Assembly (NCBI GenBank): GCA_051047955.1
Contig: JBPGPT010000004.1
Location: 248,001-312,000, forward strand
Length of the DNA: 64,000 nt
Direction: 5' to 3'
From: Cystobasidiomycetes sp. EMM_F5
Lineage: Eukaryota
Both the position numbers and the translations under genes were made by a program. Below, piece after piece: positions 25,901 to 41,745 of this stretch; positions within the stretch are counted from its first letter, which is position 1, and each line of letters begins with the position of its first letter. A model generated the notes under the pieces. That model was not told the origin of the DNA and searched no databases. It saw only the letters and a program-made list of their open reading frames with translations.

Positions 25901-27400
25901 TCAGATAGATCGCATGTCCCCATCCATCTACCAGCAGAAACAGCAGGGGATCGTTCGCGATAGGGCAATACCTGTGTATTTAGAAAGTTCAGTGTCCAAG
26001 ATCTCCACACCGAAGCCATCAGTACGCACGCGATATACTGCGAAACAGGCAGATTGCACTCAATGACCTTGCTTGCCATTCTCTCTCGCATTGTCGAATT
26101 TGCTCTGCCCCGACCGGAACTCAGCGCGCTTTCTGATAGTTTGCGCTTCGCTCCGCTAAACTCGGGCGGTGAAGATGCTTCAGGACGAGATGGTGGTGAC
26201 GATGGCATGAGGCTGGATGCTGCAGAAGACCGTCTTCTCGTATGCGTCGGCGCCCCTCCAGCAGTTGCCGACGAAGAGGGCAAATCGCGCATGCGCGCTT
26301 TTCCCTTGCTAGCAGAAGAGATGCGTGGAGGCGATTGTGTAGCGAATGGATCGATTGCCATGTCCTCATTTGGCTCTTCCGTCAAGGTTGTATTGGCTAG
26401 ATTGGAACTCTCGACTGGTGCATTGGACGGAGTGGAAATATGCGCCGTATGTACGAACCTTGCGCTATCCTGTCCGACGACTATAAGGCCTTGCAGAAGA
26501 TCGGTGTTGACGGGAATCATAAGTCGGCTATCCGGATCATCAAGAACGAGACCGGTTGAGGAAAGGTATGCTACAGATTCCGTGTCCATTTCTACGCTAC
26601 GATTGGATAGACTGATGGTGTGGAGCTGCAAGATTCGTTGACCAGTATGGTCTGTGTGTATAATAGCCATCTTGTAGTGCCGATCCGCCGACTGAGCTGA
26701 TGGCAAGACGTGAATCGAATTGAGAATCAGTTCTTGTAGCCTAGAAGCCAGTCAGTAGATTGTGCTCCAATATCAGAGCTAGTGCTCGTACCTAGACGTG
26801 AAGCCAACGGACAGATCCACAATGTTGGTACTGGCTGTAGCTTTCGATGATTTGCGCTTTTCGGGTTTCTGTTCATCCAGAAGGACGATTCTAAGCAGCC
26901 CCGCAAAGGCATGGATTACCAAGAACTGCGTCGGCGCATCGTTGTCGGACAATTCACTGCTCGCGACCATTGTTATGAGTTCGCTGCTCCTAGTAGCGCC
27001 ACGCTCTGCCACACTTTGTGAGGCAAGAGTCCGAGCTGCACCATCTCCGAATGCTACGACAAAGAGGGTGAAGCTTGTAGTGAGTACTGCGAGTGCTGCT
27101 GTGGGGCAATTTCGCAGTCGGATTGCCGCGATTTTCAGTATAGTCCCTTGAACCGGACAGTCGAGCGCAAGTCGGAGTCCGGTGCTTTCGAGCGAGTGCA
27201 CCTCGATGTGGTTGGACTTGCTGTATAATGTCCGAGTATATGCACCCAGGCTGGTCAGTTTACTCGTCGTTTCCTGTTATTATCGCGGCCTTCTTTGTGA
27301 CGCACGCTTGCACCAACGCCGGCACCCCGGGCACCAAGAAGTCGCCTCGAACAGCGTCAGTCACGCTCGTCGCGGTCTGCGAATAAGTCAGATAGTGCAT
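22908..27400 (-). CDS. DDB1: DNA damage-binding protein 1 (CUL4 adaptor, three beta-propellers), multi-exon
   Basis: N-terminus MHYLTYSQTATSVTDAVRGDF..|KSNHIEVH; VFVGSHYGDS; FPNLAPIVDFCVV; VTCSGGRDDGTLRVVRHGVG; QKLHIRTIRLG; YFAVGTAYI..GRVLL; C-terminal GFIDGSLVE...VEELQRLR. Confidence 0.92.
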
Positions 27401-27971
27401 GGTCGGCCAGTGAATCAAGAGCAAAGAGCTGATAGCGTGCCCTCAGCCAATACTAATCTACGCGTGGTCATGATCGTCCTCCGCTTAGATTTCGACAATC
27501 CACTGACGAATTGGTTCTCTACGATGTTTGCTGATGATGCTGATGTACTGACATTGTCGCAATCCGCCTGCTTCCCCGCCAAGATATCGCGAGCCTTATC
27601 AGCGAGCTGGCCCGCATGGTATCGATATCCGTCTATTAAGCCGCATCAGCGGTCTCAGCGCGAAATATCGCTGGCTCCACTGATACTTGCCGTAGCACTG
27701 AGTGCCCCACAATCCGATGAGAAAGTGCTGAAGCTTGCACGGCGACGGAAGCCGACCCCCCATCTTCGGCAAAGCACGTCAAGGACGCTACAACTTGCCG
27801 GGATATGCATCAGATGCTTGAAGGCTGTGTCTAGTCAAGGTTATGAGAACAGCCGTTTTTGGTCTGCCCGCTTAATGGGGCAGGCAAGCTTTGCCTCGTA
27901 ACAAATCAAGCAAAGCAATCCCTGTTACAGGCTACGCTCGACTCGCAAGCTCTTAACGGAGGACCAAACAG

Positions 27972-28670
27972 ATGGCTTCAAGCAATGGTAACGCCACGTA
28001 TGCGACATTGGTGGAAGAGCTTAAGCGACACGGCAGTTTACAAGCGCTCCTGAAACATCATCGGGATCAGCAGCGTATGATGAAGGTGTTGCCGATGATC
28101 CGTCGCGCTATAAAGGACGAGAAGTGTAAACGAGACACCGAGGTGCGCCTGGCACAGCGTATCGTCCCGGATCGCAACCGGGGTGCACAGATGCACATGG
28201 TCGCCAATCTCTTGACATCAGCGAGAGTCAAGTCCGAGGAGTATGCATATTCTGTCAAAAAACAAAGACGCGCTGTGGCCCGCAGGAATGCTGAGCAAGC
28301 GGAAATGCGAGCGGAAGAACAGCGCATGCGCGAGATTAACTTATTGGTCGGACAATTGGCAATTTCCATACGTCCCAGCGTTATCGTTTGGCGGACAACT
28401 CTTCACGATAACTACACATTCACACCTCCTGAAGGAACAAATATCGCCTTGCATGGGACATACAGTCGCATAGGACGACCTCTAGTTGTTGGGCGTGGCT
28501 GCCGAATAGATTGGGTCATTGACGGTCACAGATTGGCCACAGGCGAGACACCAGATCGAGTGACTCTTCTCAGCATTGGACAATCCGTACAGATCAGTGC
28601 GAATCGTGTATATGGCAGCGGAACGATCCTTGTTCTTCCGCCTGGCACGAGCTACTCGCGCGAGAATTGA
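27972..28670 (+). CDS. Orphan protein A (helical N-terminus, beta-rich C-terminal domain), paralogue of 29199-29918
   Basis: Intronless 232-aa ATG ORF; full-length similarity to the neighbouring ORF (W..L..YT..P.G....HG...PL.VG..C...W...IG..VQ...GTILVLP..T.Y.R). Confidence 0.8.
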   Translation: MASSNGNATYATLVEELKRHGSLQALLKHHRDQQRMMKVLPMIRRAIKDEKCKRDTEVRLAQRIVPDRNRGAQMHMVANLLTSARVKSEEYAYSVKKQRRAVARRNAEQAEMRAEEQRMREINLLVGQLAISIRPSVIVWRTTLHDNYTFTPPEGTNIALHGTYSRIGRPLVVGRGCRIDWVIDGHRLATGETPDRVTLLSIGQSVQISANRVYGSGTILVLPPGTSYSREN

Positions 28671-29198
28671 GCCGGAGAAGGACATTTGTTCATCGATCCA
28701 CAATCTCGTAGTTTATCACTGTGGAGCCTGATGAGTGATGACATCTACACGACATGCATAAATTCATATTCTCTGAATGTTACACGAATTGCTAGCATTC
28801 AGATTGCAGGTCCAGCTCTCTTTCGATCAGCAGGCTATTTGCTCTACTAATGCACTAATGCAGAACTATCCTCGCTCCCGCAATATCCTATAGTGTTCGT
28901 ACTGACAAAGTCACATACGATTGCTTTAGGCGGCTGTATCAGCTCCCAATTCTCAATACATCCCAACACATAGTCTCTCCAGTAAACCTCCAACGCATAT
29001 TTCAAGTGCGAAGTACAGCTTCGAGCTAGAGGGGAGGCTGCTCTTGCACAGTCAGACTTTGGGGGTCCAGGGCCTGCCAACGGTCTGCACTGCCATATCA
29101 AACACGCAATGCGCCATGGCGATGCTGCTGCACGCAAACATGCCGCGTGAAGTGTACCTTGAATCTGCTCGCGCTATACGTCAGCAGCAACCTACACC

Positions 29199-29918
29199 AT
29201 GTCACGAAGATCTTCACCTCCACCCCTAGCATCTGCAATATCTGAGCAGCAGCTTGCAGATATCCAGCAATTTGGATTGCGTGCTGTGCTTCTACAGCAG
29301 TATGAGGCTGAAAAGCCCCAACGGGAGGCACAATTGGCCGCGGAGCAGATGGAGCGAAACAAAGCATGGGCCATGAATGTCATCCGCAGAGTTCGCCGAC
29401 AGGAGGCTGTGAAGACTTTGAACGAGGCTGAGGACAAGGCAATTGCCGTGCGAATCATTGGCGACACAAGCCGCCGTGCAGAGGCCGCTGCAATGGCTGG
29501 TGTAATATCGACTGTCAGACACAACTCCGACAGCCGTGCTACTCGCTCAGTCAAGCAGATGAGGATTGATATCAATCGCGCAGTCAGGAATGCCGCACTG
29601 CGTCCAATTGCTAGGCCCAACATTGGTTCACTGTGGAAGATGAAATTACAGCACAGCTACACCCTTTACTTTCCAACAGGAGTTGTCTTTATGGCGCACG
29701 GAATCGATGTCGAGTATGAGGGACCGTTGAATGTTGGAAAAGATTGTAGTGTCAACTGGTCGGCAACGTCACATTTCCCTAGCAGGGGCTACATCCCCGT
29801 GAATGGCATAATCCTGGTCAAGATTGGACACCCCGTTCAGCTCCGGCCCAGAGACGTCCTCGCTGCGGGGACAATACTTGTACTGCCCTACCGTACGCGC
29901 TATGTCCGCAGCCCGTGA
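29199..29918 (+). CDS. Orphan protein B, paralogue of 27972-28670
   Basis: Intronless 239-aa ATG ORF with the same C-terminal motif string ending GTILVLPYRTRYVRSP. Confidence 0.8.
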   Translation: MSRRSSPPPLASAISEQQLADIQQFGLRAVLLQQYEAEKPQREAQLAAEQMERNKAWAMNVIRRVRRQEAVKTLNEAEDKAIAVRIIGDTSRRAEAAAMAGVISTVRHNSDSRATRSVKQMRIDINRAVRNAALRPIARPNIGSLWKMKLQHSYTLYFPTGVVFMAHGIDVEYEGPLNVGKDCSVNWSATSHFPSRGYIPVNGIILVKIGHPVQLRPRDVLAAGTILVLPYRTRYVRSP

Positions 29919-30308
29919 TGTCTTACGGAGACACCAATGGACGGGAAGGACGATGCGCCTGGCAAATGGCTGTGAGTTTTCCGCGATTTCAGACGAGAAC
30001 GTTGTATATAGCAATGTATTCGTTGTTTTCGCTTTGGCTTTCTATGCATAGGTTGTGGCTTTGTTCGCTTTCTGTATAGTTGCACGCGATAATCAGAATG
30101 AGGATCTGCAGATCCACTTCCACAAAGTCATTGCCCTCACGTCCACTGCTGCAAGATAACGAAGCTTGAAATCTTTGTCAAAAAGGGTCAGTTATCGATA
30201 TTGCTGCAGCTAGCTTGCCCCACTGATCACAAGCTGGTCGCGCTCTCACATCGTTGTTTCAGGTCCCAGCTCGATATACCGGCGTGACGTTCTTCTTGGC
30301 TCGCAAAG

Positions 30309-31103
30309 ATGGACCGTTTAGTGGGCGGATAGCGAGCAATCCACGTGGGACTCCAAAGCTCATGTATCCTTGTCCTCCCTTCCTCATGCCAGCTCTTCCA
30401 TGGATACTGCTTGGGGACTGCCGCGTGGTACGTGATGCGTGGTGGATGCAGAGTCTACGACCCGAAAATGGTTATAGGATGTAGGTGGTCTGAATTTACC
30501 CGTCATTTGCTGTCTAACGGGATGCAAATACAGGGTTTCGCCCGCCTTCGCAGCGACATCTCACTCCAAATGGTGTGTCTCCGTCGGCGTTTGTCACAAC
30601 AGCGTAAATATGCTGACTTTTTGGCAGACCTCGAGGTATACAACGTCAAAACGGACGGATGGGGTCTCATTGCTCTAGCAGGCGTTCTCGTCTCCATTTC
30701 AAGTGCCGTAGCATGGCCTCGTGAGCCTCTCAAACTCCCTGCCGATGGGGACTGGGGCAACAGTGTCTCTTCTACCACGGCGGACGCAGAGGCAGAAGAA
30801 CCGCCTGCTGAGATAAGCAAGCGAATCGGTAATGCTATTGTCGCTGTTACCATCTTCCATCACGTCACTACCGCTTTCGGAGCGTGGGACTTTTACAAGA
30901 GGGATTCCCACTACAGTACCAGTATGAGCATTGGTGTGTGGGCAAACGTCTTCCTCACTGCAGTGGGAACGCTCAGCTTTTTGTAAGTGGCCATAGTGTC
31001 TCTGTGTGTAGAGAACTGAAGAATGATGTGTCTATTCAGCTGGGGTGATTCTGGGTACGGCAGGAAGCGGGGAAGGAAGGGACTAAAAGGTGCCAGGCAG
31101 TAG
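30309..31103 (+). CDS. Small ~4-TM fungal membrane protein of unknown function, multi-exon
   Basis: Spliced MDRL|LFHGYCLGTAAWYVMRGGCRVYDPKMVIG|FRPPSQ..|DLEVYNVKTDGWGLIALAGVLV..VTIFHHVTTAFGAW..SHYSTSMSIGVWANVFLTAVG; GT-AG introns; start exon tentative. Confidence 0.72.
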
Positions 31104-31462
31104 ATGTGGGAAGTAGCGGTAGTCAAAAGCGTAAATATACCTCAGTCTGGAGTAGACGTGCTGATTTGAAATGGGAAAATACGTTGGAGCCTTCAACCAA
31201 AGCCATTACGTCAGTTTTCGTCTGGCAAGCGAGTCTCTGTGGAAATGTGGGCGTTGAGGCATTCCATGCTATACGTGCTACTGCTCGCATGAATTACCCA
31301 AACTCCAGCTTTTCATCCATTTTCTGCCTGTTTTGCTTGGTGCTCCTGCCGTCTCCGCAGGCACCCCTCAACTAGACACCAACGAAGGTGTTTACATCTG
31401 ACTACCCAACACGCAAACACTCGGCAACCAATACAAAACTACTGCACACCCACCTGCACACC

Positions 31463-33800
<2,338 letters not shown>

Positions 33801-34031
33801 AGCTGCTGATACAGATCAAGTGTTACAGACTTAGCGGATGCCTGTGTTGAGCATTATAAGCAGCGAGCATTAAATGGCTAGACTATGTAATTTTTGTCTA
33901 GCTTGTGGGTCCGCCAATGATGGCAGGTAACTCTAAGGAATCGCCATTTACGCGCCCTGGTAATCCGCTAGAATGAGGATTCAAAGCGTGATCAAAACGT
34001 CTTTCTCGAAGGATGCAACAGCTAAACGAGA

Positions 34032-36721
34032 TTACAATCCGACCCAATGCCCTCTACCGCCTGGATTGTGCAGCTTAGACTGAGCAATCTTTAAGCGGAC
34101 CGCATCACTAGTCAAGCTTCTCTGCATGTCATGCATGAAACCTGCGCTTGATATGCTATCGTTGCCGATGAATGGCGAGGCCAGCGGACCGTTCGAAGAT
34201 GCTGCACTGTATGACCGAGCATCCAGTGCCATGAACGCGACACGTGTACGCTGACCCGTTGCTGAGCCATTGGCGTGGCCATTTGGTGAAGGCGACGGCG
34301 GGAAGGTAGGAGAGGGCGCCATGACATGACCTGGCAGAGGCAAGTATACTTCTGCAGACCACTCAAACCAGATTCTGCGCTTAGTTCCGTCGTACAGACG
34401 AAAGATATGGGCGTCCACTTCGCTTCGCGGCGGAAGGTATAGAGGTTCCTGCAAGACATCAGAACAAACCTTGTAAGACACGCGCCCTAATCAATGAGAA
34501 TGCAGACTCGCTTACTCTGAGAGGAAAGAAGAGTGGGAACCAGCTGAGCATGTTTTTGTCCATGCGTTCCGGGTGAATGGATATGCCAACTTCACCGTAC
34601 AGTATGCTTTCAAAATATCCTCCGAATCCATGACAGACTCCTCCAAGCGGTATGTGAAAGGTGCGATGTGCACTTCTAGCATTATGATGATTTGTCAAGG
34701 GCAAGCCAGCTGCATCCGTAACAGTATCGGGTTGCGGATGATCAAAACTCCAGCATTCAGCGAATTTGGGAAAGTTTTCCCTTCCTCCAGCTTCAGAAAG
34801 AATGTTTGCGCTTTGGAACATTACCACATAGGGTTGTTCTGCGAACTTGACATCCGTCGCGTTGGCGACCTCGGAATGTAGCTTGGAACACATTATCGGC
34901 GCGAGATATGCAGTGTATGAGCTGGGAATGGAGATACCGCCCGGCTTGAGACACCGCATCACACCATCGAGGCATCTATACGATAGAGTATTACTTTTCA
35001 GCAGATAGACGGAGACATCCTGCTGCTTGCTTACTCTGGAGACAATTCATTGTCACCAAAACTGCCAAGCAGTTCACTGACAATGATATCGGCGAGATGT
35101 GTCGGCGAGAAGCTTCGCATGTCCGAAAAGACGAGTTCGACGGCATCGCCCCATTCTACCGCTTTTCGTTCTTGTAGGCTGTTTTAGCGGATGTCAGTTC
35201 CAAACGGTGTGAAGCGGTTTTTAGCCCCACATCACAAATGCATTCGGGTTCTTCTCGACAGCCGTTAGCTGTATGGGCTTGTTTGCTCTCCTTGCGGCGC
35301 GTATACAGCCTTCAACAAGTGGTCCTCGACCGGCCCCGCACACAAAGATGGCCGTTGGGTTTCTTGCATCACCTCGGTCAGTCAATGCTTGGAAGACTGC
35401 TTCCTCGTATTGTCGATACTTGATTGGGTCGCGTTCAAACCCTTCATACGTATCATTCTCTAGATTGTCCATAAGTGGCTGAAGCGGCGCTTGCAAATAG
35501 TCCAAATAGTTGCCGGCAAACTTTTCCAGCGGATCTTGTATCGGTGTCCTGCCTTCGAGGAATCGTATGTAGGCTGCGTAAACGTCGGACCCACCATTGC
35601 TGTGCAGACCTGAATGAATCCCGCTTAGAATAATGGTAGGTCGAAAGCGAAAGAAGGACTGCATGAACCACTGCAAGGCCTTGGAGAGGACTGGATAGCC
35701 GCTTTTATTGGCGAGGAAAGATGTCGCGGGAAGAAAGATGGATCTGACAGGTTCTGAATGCCATGTGGGCCATGTACTAGCGGGAGGAAGGGGTGTAGAT
35801 AGATCGAGCATTACGCCTAACCGTGGCGAGTACCCGCAGGCTGTGCGGATGGTATCCCAGCAATCCCACATGGCTTTAGCGCTGTTTAGAGGTGAAGAAT
35901 CCGTCGTATCCGATATAGGTATGCGTATCAAGAATTGTAAATATCCTGGTTTGGCTAGCAAATCTGCAACGCATCGAGCGTAATCTGATATATGAGCGGG
36001 ATTCTTCGGCGTAGGCAGCACAAGGGTCGAGATATGCAGGTGTGTTGCGTATGCGACTTCCTGCTTGAGCGCAATTTCGCTGTCGAATCGTATCCCTTCG
36101 ACAGATCCATCCAACTCGAGCCAGTCTGCGGCCATAGCTATGAGTCCTTGCGATTCGTCTGGCATGTCAATACAAAGAATCAGTCGGGTACGGCGTGTCT
36201 AGGGCTATAGGCCGAGACTCACCTGATCGCGTAGCATTCACTTCGCTTCTTCGAAAACATGGTGCTTGTCGCCAGATTTCGGCTTCCAACGCGTCTTCGT
36301 TTGCTTCGCGTACATCTTCATCCAGTTGCGCTTTCTTGCCATTATATCCATCTGGAAAGATTCTACCCGACGTTGAGGCCGCCAGACCAGATGCAACGCA
36401 CATCCGGTCCCAGCGAGCTGAAAAATTGGCGTTGGAAAGCGGACAGCATAGCAAATCAAAGTACGAATCTTCGTGGAGGTGCTGCTGCGACAATCTCTGC
36501 AGCGGTGTGATTGACAAGGGGGGCGGAGGGCCGTAGCCTTTGTGGTGAGATGTGGATGCAACTGGCTCAGGAACTGATAAATACGTGTCTGATACGCCAG
36601 TCGCAGCGACGCCCAAGGGGATCATGTCCTGGCTTATGTGCAGAGCCAGCGTGCTACGATAGTCGCTCTGCATGTTGGACGACGAGCCTGGCCGGCTGGC
36701 TGATGCTGTATCGGCAGCCAT
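34032..36721 (-). CDS. PRMT5: Protein arginine N-methyltransferase 5 (Skb1/Hsl7), multi-exon
   Basis: TIM-barrel ([12 protein letters not shown]), [82 protein letters not shown]. Confidence 0.96.
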
Positions 36722-37033
36722 GTACACCAAAAAGTGGATGGATGGTGTCTAGAACAGTTTGCAGCTCAGGATATCAGGCTAGGCATCATGACATGTGTGC
36801 TCAGGTTGCAGTATTCTCGACGTGTAGACGTAGGACAAATATGAACAAGAACAAAGTTTCAAAATATGGAAACCAACGCGTAAATAGGCTGCGAAATGGA
36901 TCAAAGCAGGTGACTTCGTATTGCACTGAATGTTGCTTCTGACAAAGTCATACTGCGTACGAAGACAAGTAAACGAAATGCGCAATGGCATCGTGGCACC
37001 ATAAAGTACTCTCAAGCATTATGAAACGCTATA

Positions 37034-39295
37034 TCACTCGTAGCTGCCAGACGTTATCACATCGTCGACCTGCCGTCGAATACTAAGCCCAGTCATATGT
37101 GGATGCGTAAACAGCCAAACTCACCTTGAGTACCGCCCGCACTAATTGGGTAGCCAACAAGTACTGCTGCCGTTTACTGACGAGCGGATCAAAGACGTGC
37201 TGCTTCTTCATATCGTTATGTCCCGCTCCGACGCAATCGATACCTAATCTGTAGTCGCCCTCTAAGACTTGACGGCTCTTGACGTCCGCAAGGGCATCTA
37301 TCGGTGAGAGACCGCTGTTTTCCGCAAGAGCTAGCGGAATCTGGTCCAGTGCAGAAGCGAATGCCCGCATTGCATATTGTTCGATACCGGGAATGGTGTC
37401 GGCAGCTTTGGATACGGCGATGCTGCTATTGATTTCGGCTGCACCTCCGCCATACACAACCCGGTTATCTTTGACCAGGTTTCGCACCACGCAAATCGCA
37501 TCGTGTAGCGCGCGCTTCGCTTCGTCAATGAGCTGATATTCAACCCGAAGTTAGTCATGGCTCATGCATATTGAAGATACATTAGCTCACCATCTTATTG
37601 CTACCTCTAACAAACACTGTGACAGCCCGAGTATTTGCGCATTCTTCGATAACGAGCATCTTGTCCTTTGTTGTGCCGAAAGACTAGGTGGTCTCGTCAG
37701 TCATCTACAAGGCAGGCCAGTCATGGAGGCGGATCCTTACTATTTCGCGAACTATGCCAGCCTTTCCAAGCTTCTCCGCCGTCAAATCCTCGAACCGCGG
37801 CACGATGCGACCGTTTGTTGCGATGGCAATGAGCTGCAATCAAGCTGGCGTCAGCACACAGACAGAAGCAGATACCGACAGGGTCGTAGTGAGTCACCTC
37901 AATTTCTGGTCCGCCGACCCATCTCACCGCGGGAAGCTCATTCTGCATGAGGAGATGATTCGCCTCGTCATCAAAGCCCCATTGGCAGATTACCAAGTTT
38001 GCGCCGGTATCTTTGACTCTCTTTATCATTTCTTGAAACTTGTTTCTCTCGTACTCCTGCAACTTCTTGTACTCGGCTACAGTCGTAATGTCAAGTCTGT
38101 GTTTTGTTTTCGGGCGTGGCGGTTCGAATGGGCATGTGAGGATTGCGATTTTAGCGTCCTTTACGGATCTTGGCATCTGAGGGTGTGACATGTCCTTGTC
38201 CACCACTACACCTTTGACAAGCGTTGAATCTTCTAGCGATCCACCGACTTTGCCATCGACCTTGATGAGTTCGAAATCAACGTCTTTCCTCTCCAAGTCT
38301 GCCACCGAGAGGACGGCGTCAATGGCAATCTTTGCAAATAACCCTGGAGCTTTGGAAACGCTGTAGCGGACCCAAGACATCGAGTCATTATGCGTGGATT
38401 TTCTGTAGAGCTTGCATCTCAACCCACATTTTGCTACCCAAACTTGTCCTCGCGACCTTTTCGAGCTCTTCCGTGTTGTCCTTGCTGAATTCAATCGTGT
38501 CGCAACACCTCTCGAGCTCTGTCACTGCAATTTGACACGCCCGCTCAAAGCCATCTGCAATCTTTATAGGGTGGATACCTCTATCGAGCAGCGCTTCGCT
38601 CTGTTCAAGCAGTGCGCCGGCCAGTACGACTACGCCTGTCGTTCCATCGCCTATCTCGTCGTCTTGTGACCGTGATAGTTGGACCATCAGTTTGGCTATC
38701 TGATGCTCCACTTCCATTCCTTTGAGAATTGTCGCGCCGTCATTGGTGATTGTGACTGAGACAGAATGCAGCTTTAGCGATACATTGTCTCAAGTGTACC
38801 ACTTCTGGCCTTACTATCGCCATCCGGGCTGTTGTGAAGCGTATGTCAGATCATGTAAAGTTGCTATTATTTTCTGTTGCTGCCTACCTAACGAGCACTT
38901 TGTCACTCCCCCGCGGCCCAAGAGATGTCTTGATGATGGAAGAGACACTGTAGGATGAGATTGTGCTGTTCACATTGACCACACTTGGACTCTGCATAAT
39001 GAAGTATAAATTCACCTCCGAGCTGCAAGGATGTGGTTCTGGGAGATATAAACGGGAGTCCCGCTCAGCCATAACTTGTAACTTCCACCACGACTGCACG
39101 CACCTTCAACGCGGCTATACCATGAGCTCTCGACTTGTTTCTTTCGCGAAACACGATGATGGGTCTGCGCACTCGAGCTGGTCAGTATTCCGAGGCTGCT
39201 GGCTGGCTGGCAGACTCGCCCACTCACCGGCCATACTCGTCCTGCCCGATGAGCTGCGCCGAGTCCATGTCGAGGTCGCCCATTGTCTGGGCCAT
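37034..39295 (-). CDS. CCT5: T-complex protein 1 subunit epsilon, multi-exon
   Basis: [97 protein letters not shown]; 14-nt micro-exon 38815-38828. Confidence 0.97.
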
Positions 39296-39560
39296 GGTTT
39301 CAGATAATTTACTGCAATCAGTGGGAGTGCAATCAACGGAGGACATTCGATATCAAAATGGATATAATATCGCTACTACTCTGCAATAGTATGCACACTA
39401 CAACGATACTTGTCAATTAAAAGCACGTCCAGCTTGTGTTCTAATCAAAATATCTTCATATTGCGTCAAGGGAAAGCGTCGCGGCTTGATCCGACTCCGA
39501 CCCAGCAATCCTGGAACAAAGACGGCTTCAGTGGGAAGTGCTGCGTCGACTCTGCCAACC

Positions 39561-41745
39561 ATGCTCGCAGTGCGGGCTGCCAGACTGAGCGTCCGGCCAG
39601 TCGGGCTGAGGGCAATTCCAGCGAGCAGGCTGCGAAATGCTCAGCACTTGCAGCGGAGCAGGGTGAGTCGCATTCACTTGGATGAACCACTCCTACTGAC
39701 GGCGCAAACCACAGCAATATGCCACTCAGAATCCCCCGCCCGTCCAGACTGAGCCTATCGCACCCCGCTCCCCCGTTGGCAAAGTGAAGCGGAAACGCTA
39801 CGGAACGCGCCTGCTTCTGTCGACCTTGCTGGCAGTCGGCGTCTTCTACGGAGGGTCCACGTACGCTTCTCTCCACAGCGAGCGGTACCGAGACTTCTTC
39901 ATGCAGGAGGTGCCCGGCGGGGAATCAATCATGACCGAAGTCGAAGACCGGCAGATGGACAAGGATCTCGTAAAGAAGCTGTCGGACAAGGCTCGTAGAG
40001 CGAGTGGGAAGACGGAGGAGATTGTCAAACAGCGCGCAGAGAGGATGGCAAGCTTTGTAAAGCAGCAGGAAGAAAAGGCGAAAACGGCTGCACATACCGC
40101 TGCACAGGCGGCAAAGGCAAAGAGTGCAGACATTGCTACACAAGCAAAGTCGGCTCTGTCTACAGCTCAGGATAAAATCGAAAAGGCCGCCGAAGTCGTA
40201 AAGGAAAAGGTCGTCGCAGCCGAGAAGAAGGTTGAGTCTGCCGCTGTCGATGGCAAGGAAGCCCTCAAAAATGCCAGCGACAAGACAAAAGAGGCGGTCA
40301 AGGAAACTGCAGACGAAAGTAAAGCGACTCTTGACCGTGCAGCGGATGCAATAAAACCTTCAACTCCTCTCGTCGGAGAGACTGTGCCTGTAGACTACCA
40401 ACGGCCACGACAGCTCGATGCAACGCCGCAACCGCCCAGAGTAGCGCCTCTCGAAACATATACCGGTCCCCCTCTTCCAATCGGTTTCGAGCCTCCTCCA
40501 GGCTACACAGTAAAGAAAGCTACTTCGCCCACCGCTGTCCCAGGCGGACCTAAACCTGCACCTCCTCCTCTCCCACTCGTAGCTCCGACAGTGTCGCAAC
40601 TCTCCTCATCAGAACCTGTTCTCGGCCAACTAGCTTCCACTATCGACAACCTCGCCAAGTACCTCAACGACTCGCCAACCGTCGTAGGTGACAAAGGCGC
40701 GAGAGAAGTGCTGAATACTGCGACTCTGGACCTCAAGAGTCTAGGCAATCGTCTCAATGAGGTGAAAGAGGAGGAGAGAAAGAAGCTAGAAACGCAAATT
40801 GAAGCTAAAACTCGGGAATATTCTTCAAGTTTGCTACAGGCTGAGCGAGAGCTCGTAGAGCGGCTAGAGAAGCAGGAGGATGACTGGAAGGCGGCTTTTG
40901 AAAGCGAACGTAAGACTCTGGTCGATGCGTATCGCCAGAAATTGGATGGGGAGCTGGCAGTGCAGAAGGAGCTGATTGAGCAGAGATTGCAAGAAGAGGT
41001 CGTCGCCCAAGGAGTAGAGATGCAACGAAAATGGCTTCGGGATGTAAAGGAAAGGGTGGAGACGGAGCGAGCCGGTCGTCTCGGCAAGATTGAAACCCTT
41101 CAAACAGATATCGAACAGCTCAGTAAGACAACTCTGGAAAATTCATCCTGGCTTGACGATAATCGCGAAGTCAATAAGCTGTGGACGGCGCTTAGAGCAG
41201 CTTGGGATGCTTCGCTCGACGGAAGAGACGCAACACCATTCTTCCGCGAATTCGCGGCTGTTCGCAATGTCGCTGCCAAGTCGCCGACGAACGCGTCGAC
41301 GCCTGGGTCTGATGCATCCGAGAGTACCATTGAGGTTGCCTTGGCATCTATACCAGCAAATATCCAAGAAAGCGGTGTAGAGACTTTCCCCACTCTGGCC
41401 GCGTGGTTCACCGATCGCCTTGTCCCAAAAATTCGAAAAGCATCGCTACTACCTATAAACGGCGGCTTCATTACATATCTGACGTCCGCCGCCGCGTCCT
41501 CGCTCCTCTTTCAGAAGATTGGCTTTGTCCAAGGCGGTGATGTCATTTCTACTCTTTCCAGGGCGGAATGGCATCTGTCCCACAAGGACCTCGACTCTGC
41601 AGCCAGAGAAGTCAATCAACTCGTCGGGTGGCCAAAGATCCTCGCGCGAGATTGGCTCGAGGCTGCTCGAAGGCATCTAGAAGTAAGACAGGCTTTGCAG
41701 ATTGTAGAGGCAGAAGCTGGTTTAGCGAGCCTGCTGATTCTGTAA
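39561..41745 (+). CDS. MIC60: MICOS complex subunit Mic60 (mitofilin)
   Basis: Arg-rich presequence exon, one TM (LLSTLLAVGVFYGG), long coiled coil, C-terminal mitofilin domain GGDVISTLSRAEWHL..DLDSAAREVNQLVGWPKILARDWLEAARRHLEVRQAL. Confidence 0.95.

Noticed and set aside
27182..27901. 239-aa plus-strand ORF upstream of the orphan pair; considered as a third paralogue
   Set aside because: Non-ATG start, overlaps DDB1 exon 1 antisense, and shares none of the pair's motifs
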